From the NCBI GenBank assembly GCA_964447765.1, contig CAYUTO010000004.1:22561-86560 (forward strand): a stretch of DNA of 64,000 nt. Reading direction: 5' to 3'. Position numbers and translations under genes: made by a program. The notes below the pieces were generated by a model. That model was not told the DNA's origin, searched no databases, and was given only the letters and a program-made list of their open reading frames with translations. This DNA comes from an uncultured Gammaproteobacteria bacterium (GTDB lineage Bacteria; Patescibacteriota; Patescibacteriia; Magasanikbacterales; UBA922). This document shows, piece after piece, positions 9,322 to 18,938 of the stretch (within the stretch, counting starts at the first letter, position 1; each line of letters starts with the position of its first letter).

Positions 9322-9384
9322 AAATTGAAGATTGAAGATTAAAAATAGCTATAAATGAACAATCTTTAATCTTTTATCTTCAAT
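9322..9384. repeat. Palindromic element with tandem GAAGATT arms between recO and ruvX
   Basis: ttgaagattgaagatt, spacer of about 20 nt, then atctttaatcttttatcttcaa. Confidence 0.5.
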
Positions 9385-9403
9385 AGTAAGTATTCCTAAT
9401 ACA

Positions 9404-9778
9404 CTACATGTGTTGTTTTAGATAATCACTCAAAATAAGCATTGCCGCTTTTTCATCCAATGATGCATCCCCTTCCATAGACTGGGCTTCCCTGGTAGTA
9501 AAACTTTCATCAATCGTTTCAATAGGCACTGAAACGAGTAGCGCAAGTTCTCTAATAAACGAACGGACACGTTCTGAATTTTTCGTCTCTTCACCATCTG
9601 GACCATACGGAATTCCTACAAGAACGGTCCCAATTTTTTCTTCTAAAATCAATTTCGGCAATTCAGTTTTCCAATTTTTTGCTTCTACACGTCCATAGGG
9701 CAATACTACATCAACTCCCGACCCTACCCATGCAAGGCCGAGATTTTTGGTACCAAAATCAATCGCTAAAATATTCAT
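9404..9778 (-). CDS. ruvX: Putative pre-16S rRNA nuclease / Holliday-junction resolvase-like YqgF (RuvX)
   Basis: N-terminal ILAIDFGTKNLGLA motif of the RNase H-like YqgF family; 124 aa. Confidence 0.8.
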   Translation of the reverse strand: MNILAIDFGTKNLGLAWVGSGVDVVLPYGRVEAKNWKTELPKLILEEKIGTVLVGIPYGPDGEETKNSERVRSFIRELALLVSVPIETIDESFTTREAQSMEGDASLDEKAAMLILSDYLKQHM

Positions 9779-10590
9779 AATTTTTCACTTGGTCTCTTCG
9801 TCGCAACAATAGGCTTTCCCTCAGTTACAATAACCGTATGCTCAAAATGAGCACTCATCGACTGATCGACCGTACTAATACCCCACCCATCTGGAGCTGT
9901 TTCCACTTTATAGCTCCCGAGAGTAATCATAGGTTCAATTGCGAGTACCATTCCTGGTACAAGCTTAATACCCTCCAAACTCGCATCATAATAATTGGGC
10001 ACACGTGGTTCCTCGTGAACCTGATATCCAACTCCATGACCAACCAAATCTCTCACAATCCCGTATTTGAAAGGTTTGATATATTCTTCGACCGCTTTAC
10101 CAATAGACGCCACAGTATTTCCAACTACCGCAGCAGCAATTCCCCTCTTCAATGATTCGTACGTTCGTTCAAAAAGTAATGTAGTATCAGGTGTTGCTTT
10201 CCCGACCAAGACCGTAAGCGCAGTATCTGTAAAAAATCCATTTCCAAATCGCCCAAGTCCACTTTTGACCGGGTATTCCATTCCAATATCAATAGTAAAA
10301 ATATCTCCATTTTTAAGAACTTTTGTTTTGGTTGCAATACCATGAACCACTTCTTCATTCAGTGAAGCACAAATGGTCGAAGGAAACGGAGGATCACTTC
10401 TTCTCGATCGATAGCCTTTAAAAGAAGGTCTCCCACCTGCTTTCTTGATACGTGCCTCAGCTTCACCATCAATCTCATATGCCGTTGCCCCAGATACAGC
10501 TAGGGTACCCAAATATTCAAGGATTTCTCCTATGACATGACCCCCTTCTTCTATCCATGATTGTTCTTCCTTAGTTTTGGTATATGACAT
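9775..10590 (-). CDS. map: Methionine aminopeptidase type I
   Basis: Metal-binding motifs GDIFTIDIG, HGVGYQVHE, GMVLAIEPM and HFEHTVIV. Confidence 0.9.
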   Translation of the reverse strand: MSYTKTKEEQSWIEEGGHVIGEILEYLGTLAVSGATAYEIDGEAEARIKKAGGRPSFKGYRSRRSDPPFPSTICASLNEEVVHGIATKTKVLKNGDIFTIDIGMEYPVKSGLGRFGNGFFTDTALTVLVGKATPDTTLLFERTYESLKRGIAAAVVGNTVASIGKAVEEYIKPFKYGIVRDLVGHGVGYQVHEEPRVPNYYDASLEGIKLVPGMVLAIEPMITLGSYKVETAPDGWGISTVDQSMSAHFEHTVIVTEGKPIVATKRPSEKL

Positions 10591-10630
10591 AGAGAGTATC
10601 CTAGCAAGATTGTGTTAATTTGTGAAGCAC

Positions 10631-11809
10631 CTATACAATGACCAAAAGGGTGAGGAAACCTATAAGCGTTAGGGCAGACGCAATGACATGGTAGTGCTGG
10701 CGTCGAATTTGAATAACAATTTTAAGTATCAAAGCGCAAGAAAAGAATATAATAAGCCCAAAAAGCACTCCTCGAGACACTGGGGAGATAGTACCGAGTA
10801 CCGCAGGAACTTGTTTTGAAAGTTCATATTTCTGAATAGCACCCATTGGAATTGCAGGAATGGTCTGCCATTCAATCGAAGAATTGGTGACTTCCCCATC
10901 TTCCCACTTAATCACCATTTCCGCAGGCACGACTGATGCAAAAAAATCTTCAAGTGATTCAGAGACAGTAATAGTCCCAACCCATACACCGTCTTCACGA
11001 GTATCGTATAATTCAAATCCATACCCTTGTGTAGTAACGGTCACCTGACTCGCCGATCCTACAATTCGTGCAAATGCTTGAAGTATAATTTTTTCACCTT
11101 CTTTTTTCCACGACAAATATGATGTTCCAAAATCATAATATTGAGTAGCAATCTGAGTATCTTCAGTATTCTCAATAATTCCTCGCACTCGTTCACGAGA
11201 GTCAAAAGCAACAGCGAGCTGATTCGATGGTTGCCCAAAATGTTGCGCAACATACACTGCAATATTCTCGCCGTACATACCAACCGATGAACCAATGCCA
11301 ATATCCTTGAAATCAGGATCAATAATATTCGCAAAATGCGTCGGACTCTCCACCCATGCCTCTACCATAGCTTCAGGTGAAGAAAATCCCACCGCAAGGT
11401 TTTCGCCAGCAACCGAATAACTATATCCTGCTTCAGAGAGAAAATCTCGCAATCGTTTACCATGAGGATTGATATGTTCAAAATACCCAAGCTCAGTCAT
11501 GTCGAGAGCTTTATTCCAAGATGACTCCGCCAAAGGTTCAGTATATTCTAACAATGGAACACCCTCGCGGCTACGGATTTCATTGGTCAGCTCAATAACC
11601 CTCTCCTGTTGTGCGACCAAAACTTCAGGGACAACATATGCTTGAACAGGTAAAAGCAAGGCAGTGACAACAACAATCATCTTTACCGCAATACCAAGGA
11701 AACCATAAAAAAGCACTCGCCCATGGTGAAGTGCATGCGGGTGATAATTATTTTCTTCGTGAGGAATGAAAAAATGTTTTAAGCCTGCAGACATACAAAA
11801 ATATGCCAT
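10631..11809 (-). CDS. Membrane-anchored CAP/SCP (PR-1-like, YkwD-type) domain protein
   Basis: N-terminal TM helix; central CAP-domain signature (NEIRSREGVPLLEY...GENLAVGFSSPEAMVEAWVESPTHFANI); C-terminal TM helix. Confidence 0.6.
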   Translation of the reverse strand: MAYFCMSAGLKHFFIPHEENNYHPHALHHGRVLFYGFLGIAVKMIVVVTALLLPVQAYVVPEVLVAQQERVIELTNEIRSREGVPLLEYTEPLAESSWNKALDMTELGYFEHINPHGKRLRDFLSEAGYSYSVAGENLAVGFSSPEAMVEAWVESPTHFANIIDPDFKDIGIGSSVGMYGENIAVYVAQHFGQPSNQLAVAFDSRERVRGIIENTEDTQIATQYYDFGTSYLSWKKEGEKIILQAFARIVGSASQVTVTTQGYGFELYDTREDGVWVGTITVSESLEDFFASVVPAEMVIKWEDGEVTNSSIEWQTIPAIPMGAIQKYELSKQVPAVLGTISPVSRGVLFGLIIFFSCALILKIVIQIRRQHYHVIASALTLIGFLTLLVIV

Positions 11810-11860
11810 TAGTATAGCATATTTTAAATAAAAAAGTTAACGAAATTCTACAATAGAATA

Positions 11861-12523
11861 TTATTCAGAAACGATTACTGCTATTTCTTTTTCAACTTCA
11901 TCAATACCCTGATTACCATCAACAATACGAAGCAAGCCTTTCTCCTCATAATATTCACGCACCGGTGCGACAGCTTCATTACCCTGCTCTCTCATACGTT
12001 TCTCTACCGTTTCAGGTGTATCATCACTTCGTCGTACCAATGTACCACCACACTTTTCGCAATGAGTCAGCGTATCATTATGCGGAGTATACGGAATAAT
12101 AAAGCCACATTGTTCACACACTTTTCGCTTAAGAATACGGAGTGCACCTTCCTCATCAGTTAGTTTAATTTCAATTGCAACTAATTCCGGTATCAATTTT
12201 TTTGAATCAAAATAGTCCTCATATCCATACGCCTGACTCTTTGTTCTGATTGCCCCATCAAGCACTACCCCCTGCCCATCTGCAAGATAAGTATCAATGG
12301 CCTGAAATGCCAGTTTATAAATCAACTCATCTGAAACTAATTTACCTTCTTTCATTTCGAGAAGAAGTGCCTTATCATCAGCTGATGCATGAGGATTTTT
12401 TTCAAATGTACGAAGTAAATCTCCGGTCGAAATATGTCCATAACCAAAGTGCTGAGCCAAGCGTTTTGCTTGAGTACCTTTTCCACTACCTGGAATTCCG
12501 AGGAGAATAATTACTTTCTTCAT
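11861..12523 (-). CDS. adk: Adenylate kinase with a Zn-finger lid
   Basis: P-loop GIPGSGKGTQA; lid CxxC...CxxC (CEQCG...CEKCG). Confidence 0.9.
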   Translation of the reverse strand: MKKVIILLGIPGSGKGTQAKRLAQHFGYGHISTGDLLRTFEKNPHASADDKALLLEMKEGKLVSDELIYKLAFQAIDTYLADGQGVVLDGAIRTKSQAYGYEDYFDSKKLIPELVAIEIKLTDEEGALRILKRKVCEQCGFIIPYTPHNDTLTHCEKCGGTLVRRSDDTPETVEKRMREQGNEAVAPVREYYEEKGLLRIVDGNQGIDEVEKEIAVIVSE

Positions 12524-12630
12524 AATATATTAGTCAATTGGTTTAGTGAGGATTAAACAGAAATAAATAAGATTGTAAGATTATAAATTTTGTATTTCAC
12601 GCTCAATCTTATAACTTAGTAATCTTTCCC

Positions 12631-12675
12631 ACTTGAACTAAAAACACGCCTCTGAAGTATAGCAGAAGGCGTGTT
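12631..12675 (-). terminator. Hairpin plus U-tract between secY and adk
   Basis: aacacgcct...aggcgtgtt inverted repeat with ttttagttcaagt on the minus-strand side. Confidence 0.5.
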
Positions 12676-12689
12676 CAAAGATAAATAAA

Positions 12690-13961
12690 TTACACATGGT
12701 CGTATTCATGCATCTTGAGTTGTGACTGAATCTGTTTCGTAGTTTCAACCGCAACTGAAACAACAATCAGAAGACTCGTACCACCAATTACCAACCCTTG
12801 TGAACCAGTGAAACCTTGTGCAATAAGTGGAAGGATGGCAATAATACCCAAGAACAACGCACCTGAAAACAAAAGCTTGGTCATGGTTTTTTGCAAATAT
12901 TCTTCTGTTTGTTTTCCTGGTCGAATACCCAAGATAAATGCACCTTGACGCTGTAAATTTTCAGCCATCTTGTCTGGATTGAAAACAACTGAAGTATAGA
13001 AGTAGGTAAAGCCAAACACTAAGACAAAATACACAATTCCGTAAAACCACTGGTTATTAAAAACCGTAATGATCGTATTTGCCGCAGATCCAATAAATCC
13101 TCCGCTATTCACAAAAAATTGTGCAACCATTGGTGGAAAAAGTACCATGGAGATAGCAAAGATAATTGGAATTACTCCTGCCATATTGATTCGAAGCGGT
13201 AAAAAGTTGGTCATACCGCCAAACGAACGAGTTCCTTGATTTTGTCGCGCGTAACTTACCGGAATATTCCTTTGACCTTCATTTACATACACCACACCGA
13301 TAATTGTCGCAATTGAAATAGCCACAAATAAAAGGTATAGATATAATTGTGAAGAATCATAATTAACAATCGCAGTCTGGATAGTAGTTGGAAGTGACGC
13401 AACGATACCTGCAAAAATAAGCAATGAAATTCCATTTCCGACATTTTTTTCAGTAATCAATTCACCAATCCACATGAGGAAAATACTTCCTGCAGTGATA
13501 GTAATCATGATCGAAACAAATTTGAATGTCGTCAAATCTCCCATGATAGCAAACTGTGACTGATGTAAAAGCTTAATAGTACCATACGCTTGAAGCAATC
13601 CGAGAGGAACTGCTGCAATTCTCGTATACATATTAATTTTCTGTCGACCACTCTCCCCTTCTTTTGAAAGTTCTTCAAAATAAGGAACTACCATTGTCAA
13701 AAGTTGGAAAATAATCGAAGCAGTAATGTATGGCGCAACACCAAGCATCACAATAGAAAAGTTTGCAATAGTGCCTCCTGAAAAAATATTAAGAAGACCC
13801 AAAATTTGATTTCCTGCTAAAAATTGTCGCAATCCTTCAACATTGACACCAGGAACCGGAATATGCGCTGCTAATCGAAATATGACCAACATGGCGAATA
13901 CAAAAAGTACACGGTTGCGGATATCAGGAATAGTCCAAATTCGACGTATTTTATTCCACAT
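12690..13961 (-). CDS. secY: Preprotein translocase subunit SecY
   Basis: 10-TM protein of 423 aa with conserved SecY segments; sits after rplO as in spc operons. Confidence 0.9.
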   Translation of the reverse strand: MWNKIRRIWTIPDIRNRVLFVFAMLVIFRLAAHIPVPGVNVEGLRQFLAGNQILGLLNIFSGGTIANFSIVMLGVAPYITASIIFQLLTMVVPYFEELSKEGESGRQKINMYTRIAAVPLGLLQAYGTIKLLHQSQFAIMGDLTTFKFVSIMITITAGSIFLMWIGELITEKNVGNGISLLIFAGIVASLPTTIQTAIVNYDSSQLYLYLLFVAISIATIIGVVYVNEGQRNIPVSYARQNQGTRSFGGMTNFLPLRINMAGVIPIIFAISMVLFPPMVAQFFVNSGGFIGSAANTIITVFNNQWFYGIVYFVLVFGFTYFYTSVVFNPDKMAENLQRQGAFILGIRPGKQTEEYLQKTMTKLLFSGALFLGIIAILPLIAQGFTGSQGLVIGGTSLLIVVSVAVETTKQIQSQLKMHEYDHV

Positions 13962-14013
13962 ATAAATTACAAGTTACGTGGCTTAAAGACAATAATTCCG
14001 ACGGGTGTCGGAA

Positions 14014-14448
14014 TTACAGTACCAATTTTCCTCCAGCCTTTTCAATGGCTTGTAGCGCAGTTTTAGTAGCGAGACAATCGTGCAACACTACTTTTTGAGT
14101 GAGGACACCTGTAGCTACAATTTTTACTCCAGCACGTACATTATTGATGATACCATGAGCCTTGAGTACGTAAGGAGTGATTTCAGAAACAGTCGAAGCG
14201 AGCGTATTAAGCTGACTCAAAGATACGGTTTCAGGCTTAAGAGCACTTGAGGTAAAACCACGAGATTTTGGAACTTTCTGAAGCTGTGCTTTAAATGCAC
14301 GACGCATAATACCACCTGCGCCTGCTCGAGCTTTTTGCCCTTTAATACCACGGGTAGAATAGCTTCCCTTTCCGCTGGAATTACCACGACCCACACGTTT
14401 AACGTTTCGCTTGCGGCCTCGTGAACTGATTGTTGAAGGGGTTAACAT
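14014..14448 (-). CDS. rplO: 50S ribosomal protein L15
   Basis: Gly/Arg-rich N-terminus (RGRGNSSGKGSYSTRGIKGQKARAG); position between rpsE and secY. Confidence 0.85.
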   Translation of the reverse strand: MLTPSTISSRGRKRNVKRVGRGNSSGKGSYSTRGIKGQKARAGAGGIMRRAFKAQLQKVPKSRGFTSSALKPETVSLSQLNTLASTVSEITPYVLKAHGIINNVRAGVKIVATGVLTQKVVLHDCLATKTALQAIEKAGGKLVL

Positions 14449-14474
14449 ACAAAAAAATTTATAAATGCCTTATA

Positions 14475-15122
14475 CTAAGCTACTGATTCAGCAGCTTTCT
14501 TTGGCGCAGCTTTTTTTCCACCAGATGCTCGTGTTTTTCGTTTAGCACCATCTTCTTCCACCACAGAACTCACAGATTCAGAAGTTACTGAAGTAGAAGG
14601 AGCTTCTGCTGGACGACGATCTTGTGAAAGTGTTCGAATTGCTTGTTTTTTGAATTTTTTCAAAGCTTCAAAAGTGGCTTTTACGTTTACTACTTTATTA
14701 TTAGTTTTTCCTAAGATTTTTCCTGACGCATTTCCTACTCCTGCAAGATCAAGGACCATACGTACGGTACTTCCAGCAATAATTCCAGAACCTTTTGGAG
14801 CCGGCTTAATCATGATTTTTCCAGCTTTGAATTTTGCTTCCACCCGGTGAGGGATCGTGCCATTGAAAATAGGAACAGTCAAAATATTTTTCTTTGCCTG
14901 ATTTACAGCCTTATCAACTGCAATCTGAACGTCTTTTCCTTTTTCAATTCCATAAGCGACTCGTCCTTTGCGATCTCCAATAAGGACACATGCTCGAAAA
15001 CTCATGTGTTTTCCACCTTTGGTAACACGTGTTACGCGGGCAAGATCAACAATAGTCTGATCGAACTCAGGTTTTTCTTTAGGCATTCGGCTGCCACGTT
15101 CAGTGCGTTTTTGATTAGACAT
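14475..15122 (-). CDS. rpsE: 30S ribosomal protein S5 with a Lys/Ala-rich C-terminal tail
   Basis: Conserved S5 core (RVTKGGKHMSFRACVLIGD...KPAPKGSGIIAG). Start trimmed to the ATG at 15122; the track ORF overlaps rplR. Confidence 0.85.
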   Translation of the reverse strand: MSNQKRTERGSRMPKEKPEFDQTIVDLARVTRVTKGGKHMSFRACVLIGDRKGRVAYGIEKGKDVQIAVDKAVNQAKKNILTVPIFNGTIPHRVEAKFKAGKIMIKPAPKGSGIIAGSTVRMVLDLAGVGNASGKILGKTNNKVVNVKATFEALKKFKKQAIRTLSQDRRPAEAPSTSVTSESVSSVVEEDGAKRKTRASGGKKAAPKKAAESVA

Positions 15123-15141
15123 ATAGCTAGTCTTATAATGG

Positions 15142-15516
15142 TTAGAATGTGAGCCCGCCATCTCGTGCCCCATCAGCAAACGCAGCAATGCGTCCGTGAT
15201 AAGTGAATCCCCCACGATCAAATACTACCTCAGTAATATTTTTTTCTTTTGCTTTGAGTGCAATTTCGTGTCCGAGAAGATATGCAAGTTTTGTTTTTCC
15301 TTTTCGTTCTCCTGCATCAGCAGTGGTAGTAAGTGTACCAGTACTTGAAACACCCGCAATAGTAACGCTCTTACTGTCATCAATAAGTTGCCCATACATA
15401 CTAAGTAAACTTCGGTACACTGAAAGACGAGGTCTAAGAGCAGTACCAATTACCTGTTTGCGGATTCTTTTGTGTCGTCGCACGCGATATGCGCTGCGTG
15501 TATTAGCTTGTTTCAT
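15142..15516 (-). CDS. rplR: 50S ribosomal protein L18
   Basis: Basic N-terminus RVRRHKRIRKQVIGTALRPRLSVYRS; operon position. Confidence 0.85.
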   Translation of the reverse strand: MKQANTRSAYRVRRHKRIRKQVIGTALRPRLSVYRSLLSMYGQLIDDSKSVTIAGVSSTGTLTTTADAGERKGKTKLAYLLGHEIALKAKEKNITEVVFDRGGFTYHGRIAAFADGARDGGLTF

Positions 15517-15527
15517 ATACTAGAATA

Positions 15528-16076
15528 TTATTCTTTACCTGCGCTTGCAGTCTTACCTGCCTTGCGTCGAACTACTTCATCAAGATACTTAATACCCTTA
15601 CCTTTATAAGGCTCAGGTTTTTTCAAGGCGCGAATTTCAGATGCAGTTTTACCAAGCATTTCAACATCAGCGCTCACCAAGGTAATGATATTTTTTTCTA
15701 CCGTTGCAGTAACTTCAGGGGGCATCTTATATACCACTGAGTGTGAAAAGCCAATTTCAAGCTTAATATCCTTTCCTTGCATTGCAACTCGAAAACCCAC
15801 TCCATTTACTTCAAGTTTTTTTTCAAAACCTTTGGTTACGCCCTCAATCATGTTTTTGATATGAGCAGCAAAGGTGCCCCACAAAGAACGTTCATATTTT
15901 TCTTCAGGTCGCTTAACCGAAACACTAACTGTTCCGTTTTCAATCGTTACAGTAACCACTGAGTGAAGTGTTCTTTCAAGTGTTCCTTTTGGTCCTTTGA
16001 CCAACACTTTACCATTCTGTACATTCACTTCTACTCCCTGAGGAATGCTGAATTGTTGTTTTCCAATACGTGACAT
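15528..16076 (-). CDS. rplF: 50S ribosomal protein L6
   Basis: MSRIGKQ..IPQGVEV start; two L6 repeats; operon position. Confidence 0.9.
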   Translation of the reverse strand: MSRIGKQQFSIPQGVEVNVQNGKVLVKGPKGTLERTLHSVVTVTIENGTVSVSVKRPEEKYERSLWGTFAAHIKNMIEGVTKGFEKKLEVNGVGFRVAMQGKDIKLEIGFSHSVVYKMPPEVTATVEKNIITLVSADVEMLGKTASEIRALKKPEPYKGKGIKYLDEVVRRKAGKTASAGKE

Positions 16077-16096
16077 ATAAGTCTAAATAGTTGCTG

Positions 16097-16486
16097 TTAG
16101 TATACTGAGCAAAGTACTTCTCCGCCAACACCTTTCTTCTCCGCATCCTTTGCAGTCATAATTCCATGACTGGTTGAAACAATTGCAATACCAAATCCAT
16201 TCAATACCTTTGGTAATTCTCCCACTCCTCGATACATACGGTGTCCAGGAGTACTCTCACGAGTAATAGAAGTAATTGCAGGAGATCCTCCAGTATATTT
16301 CAAATCAAGCGCAAGCATTTTTGGCATTCCTTCTTCGGTAGAAACTGCGTCAACATAGCCCTGATCTTTGAGAATTTGAGCAATCGCAAATTTTACCCGA
16401 GAATAGGGTACGAGCACACGTTTCTTTCGCGATTGATGCGCGTTTCTGATTCGTGTGAGCATGTCTGCGATAGGGTCAGTCATCAT
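16097..16486 (-). CDS. rpsH: 30S ribosomal protein S8
   Basis: MMTDPIADMLTRIRNA start typical of S8. Confidence 0.9.
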   Translation of the reverse strand: MMTDPIADMLTRIRNAHQSRKKRVLVPYSRVKFAIAQILKDQGYVDAVSTEEGMPKMLALDLKYTGGSPAITSITRESTPGHRMYRGVGELPKVLNGFGIAIVSTSHGIMTAKDAEKKGVGGEVLCSVY

Positions 16487-16522
16487 ACGTAATTGATAAT
16501 TAGTTTAGGTATAGAGTCAGGC

Positions 16523-16708
16523 TTACCAGCTCGACTTTCGGACGCCAGGGAGCGCTGCTTTATTCGCAAGCTCTCGAAAACAGATTCTGCACAATTTAAA
16601 TTTGCGCATATATCCACGCTTGCGTCCACAATGCCAACATCTGCGTACAACGCGGGTGCTGAATTTTGGTGTTTTTGCTGATTTTGAGATTTGTGCCTGT
16701 GTTGCCAT
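16523..16708 (-). CDS. rpsZ: 30S ribosomal protein S14 type Z (zinc-binding, 61 aa)
   Basis: CxxC...CxxC ([10 protein letters not shown]...CRICFRE). Start trimmed to the ATG at 16708, just after the rplE stop. Confidence 0.85.
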   Translation of the reverse strand: MATQAQISKSAKTPKFSTRVVRRCWHCGRKRGYMRKFKLCRICFRELANKAALPGVRKSSW

Positions 16709-16721
16709 AACCGTAAATAAT

Positions 16722-17273
16722 TTATTTCTTTCTGAAAGGGAACCCGAGCTCCTCAAGTAACGCGCGGCCTTCTTCATTCGTTGTAGCAGTGGTCGAAATC
16801 GTCATCTCAAGTCCGTGAATCTGGTCAGCTGAATCTCCTCCGATTTCAGGGAATGCGAGATGTTCCTTGAACCCAATCGTGTAATTTCCTTTTCCATCGA
16901 AACTTTTTGGATTAAGTCCTCGAAAATCTCGTACACGAGGGAGTGTCAAATGGATAAGCTTATACATAAAATCATACATGTGCTCTCCTCGAACGGTCAC
17001 CGATGATCCGATCTCAGTCCCTTCTCGAAGTTTAAAGTTCGAGATAGACTTCTTCGCTTTATTGCGAACCGGCTTTTGACCAGAAATTCTTCGAAGAGTT
17101 TCCTCAACTCGCTCAATGAATGCATTTTCTTTTGCGCGCTTACCATATCCGACATTAAGCACAACCTTCGTGATACGAGGAATCTGCATTACATTAGTAT
17201 ATCCCATTTTTTCTTTGAGTTTTGGGACTACTTGAGTTTTATAGAGTTGATACAGTGATGATTTCATATACAA
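16722..17273 (-). CDS. rplE: 50S ribosomal protein L5
   Basis: Conserved L5 segments ([16 protein letters not shown]...DFRGL); operon position. Confidence 0.9.
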   Translation of the reverse strand: MYMKSSLYQLYKTQVVPKLKEKMGYTNVMQIPRITKVVLNVGYGKRAKENAFIERVEETLRRISGQKPVRNKAKKSISNFKLREGTEIGSSVTVRGEHMYDFMYKLIHLTLPRVRDFRGLNPKSFDGKGNYTIGFKEHLAFPEIGGDSADQIHGLEMTISTTATTNEEGRALLEELGFPFRKK

Positions 17274-17275
17274 AA

Positions 17276-17596
17276 TTATCCGATAATTTCATTACTTCCT
17301 TTTGCAACACGTTTTTTAGCGTCTCCTTCAATTCGATATCCTACACGTGTACCTTTATTAGTTTTAGGATCAATTACAGCCACGGCACTTGCATGTATTG
17401 GAGAAGGTAATTCAATAACCTGACCCTTTTCCCCCTGTCTTCCAGCTCGCAAATGTTTTTTGAGAACATTTACTCCTTCTACCACCACATACGACTGTGC
17501 AGTTGCCTTGTTGCGTAATACCTGAACAATCTTACCGGTTTTACCACGGTCTTTTCCTGATAATATTACTACATTGTCTCCTGTCTTTATTTTCAT
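17276..17596 (-). CDS. rplX: 50S ribosomal protein L24
   Basis: KOW motif MKIKTGDNVVILSGKDRGKTGKI. Confidence 0.85.
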   Translation of the reverse strand: MKIKTGDNVVILSGKDRGKTGKIVQVLRNKATAQSYVVVEGVNVLKKHLRAGRQGEKGQVIELPSPIHASAVAVIDPKTNKGTRVGYRIEGDAKKRVAKGSNEIIG

Positions 17597-17611
17597 ATAA
17601 TTTTTCTGAAT

Positions 17612-17983
17612 TTAGAGGACTTCTGGAGCAAGAGAAACAATACGCTGGTATCCTTTTTGACGAAGTTCACGAGCAATCGGTCCGAAAATACGTGTTCCTT
17701 TTGGTTCACCTGACGCTTTATCGATAATAACCACTGCATTCTCATCAAAACGAATATAGGTTCCGTCGCGGCGGCGTAATTCTTTTCTCTGGCGTACAAT
17801 AACAGCATGAACGACTTCACCTTTTTTCACCTGGGTACGAGGAAGTGCTTCTTTTACACTACAGGTAATGATATCACCAATTTGTGCAAAACGTTTTCTG
17901 TAACCGCCGAGTACGCGAATACACATGAGCTTTTTAGCTCCGCTATTATCCGCTACACTTAGCATACTTCTATGTTGAATCAT
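17612..17983 (-). CDS. rplN: 50S ribosomal protein L14
   Basis: [27 protein letters not shown]. Confidence 0.9.
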   Translation of the reverse strand: MIQHRSMLSVADNSGAKKLMCIRVLGGYRKRFAQIGDIITCSVKEALPRTQVKKGEVVHAVIVRQRKELRRRDGTYIRFDENAVVIIDKASGEPKGTRIFGPIARELRQKGYQRIVSLAPEVL

Positions 17984-18003
17984 ATATACAGATTACGTTT
18001 GTG

Positions 18004-18279
18004 TTATGAGCGTGCACGCACGAGAACTTTAACCAATGTCCATCGTTTCGTCTTACTCAATGGACGACATTCTTCAAATAATACCGTATCCCCAACATGC
18101 GCCTGAGCATTTTCATCGTGCACTGGATATTTTTTATCTCGGCTGTACTGCTTGTCGTACTTAGGATGAGTTTTAATACTCTTAACCTTCACGTGGATAG
18201 TTTTATTTTCTTTGGTAGAAACTACTTCGCCTTCAAAACGTCGGCGTTGTGCAGTTTGTTTGGTTGGTACAGTAGTCAT
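18004..18279 (-). CDS. rpsQ: 30S ribosomal protein S17
   Basis: GEVVSTKENKTIHVKV...HPKYDK OB-fold signature. Confidence 0.85.
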   Translation of the reverse strand: MTTVPTKQTAQRRRFEGEVVSTKENKTIHVKVKSIKTHPKYDKQYSRDKKYPVHDENAQAHVGDTVLFEECRPLSKTKRWTLVKVLVRARS

Positions 18280-18293
18280 AATCTAAAATGATA

Positions 18294-18500
18294 TTATTTT
18301 TTCACGTTGTCAGTATTCTTTGCGCTAATCGCACCAAGAATGCGGGCAATGTCAGTTCGTACTTCACGAATAGATCGTACATCCTTCAATTGATTACCAC
18401 TCACTGAAAAACGGAGCGTACGTAATTCTTCCCGTTTCGAAGAAAGGCTCTCATGTAGTTCCTGTACACTTTGTGATTGTAGATCTTTCGCATTAACCAT
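18294..18500 (-). CDS. rpmC: 50S ribosomal protein L29
   Basis: 68-aa helical protein (LQSQSVQELHESLSSKREELRTLRF) between rplP and rpsQ. Confidence 0.75.
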   Translation of the reverse strand: MVNAKDLQSQSVQELHESLSSKREELRTLRFSVSGNQLKDVRSIREVRTDIARILGAISAKNTDNVKK

Positions 18501-18526
18501 ACTAACGAGAATAAATAATCAAGTAA

Positions 18527-18937
18527 TTATCGTTTAACAAATAGCGCTGTAACCGGAAGCTTGTATGCTGCCTGTGTCAGTGCCTCACGTGCTTCAACCT
18601 CTGTTACCCCTTCCATTTCAAACATGACAACTCCTGGCTTGATGGTGCACACATAGTGATCAGGAGATCCTTTTCCTCCACCCATCGGTACTTCGCTTCC
18701 TTTTCTGGTCACTGGTCGATCTGGGAAAATACGAATCCAGATTTTTCCTCCACGTTTCACATATCGAGTCATGACACGGCGAGCTGCTTCAATCTGTCGA
18801 CTTGATACCCATGCATGTGAAGTTGACTTCAAGCCAAAACTTCCAAACGCAACAGTAGTCATGCGTGAAGCAACACCCTTATTCATGCGTCGTGGTTTAT
18901 GCCACTTTCTATGTTTTACTTTTTTAGGGACTAACAT
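18527..18937 (-). CDS. rplP: 50S ribosomal protein L16
   Basis: [16 protein letters not shown] start. Trimmed to the ATG at 18937, which is 1 nt after the rpsC stop. Confidence 0.9.
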   Translation of the reverse strand: MLVPKKVKHRKWHKPRRMNKGVASRMTTVAFGSFGLKSTSHAWVSSRQIEAARRVMTRYVKRGGKIWIRIFPDRPVTRKGSEVPMGGGKGSPDHYVCTIKPGVVMFEMEGVTEVEAREALTQAAYKLPVTALFVKR

Positions 18938-18938
18938 A

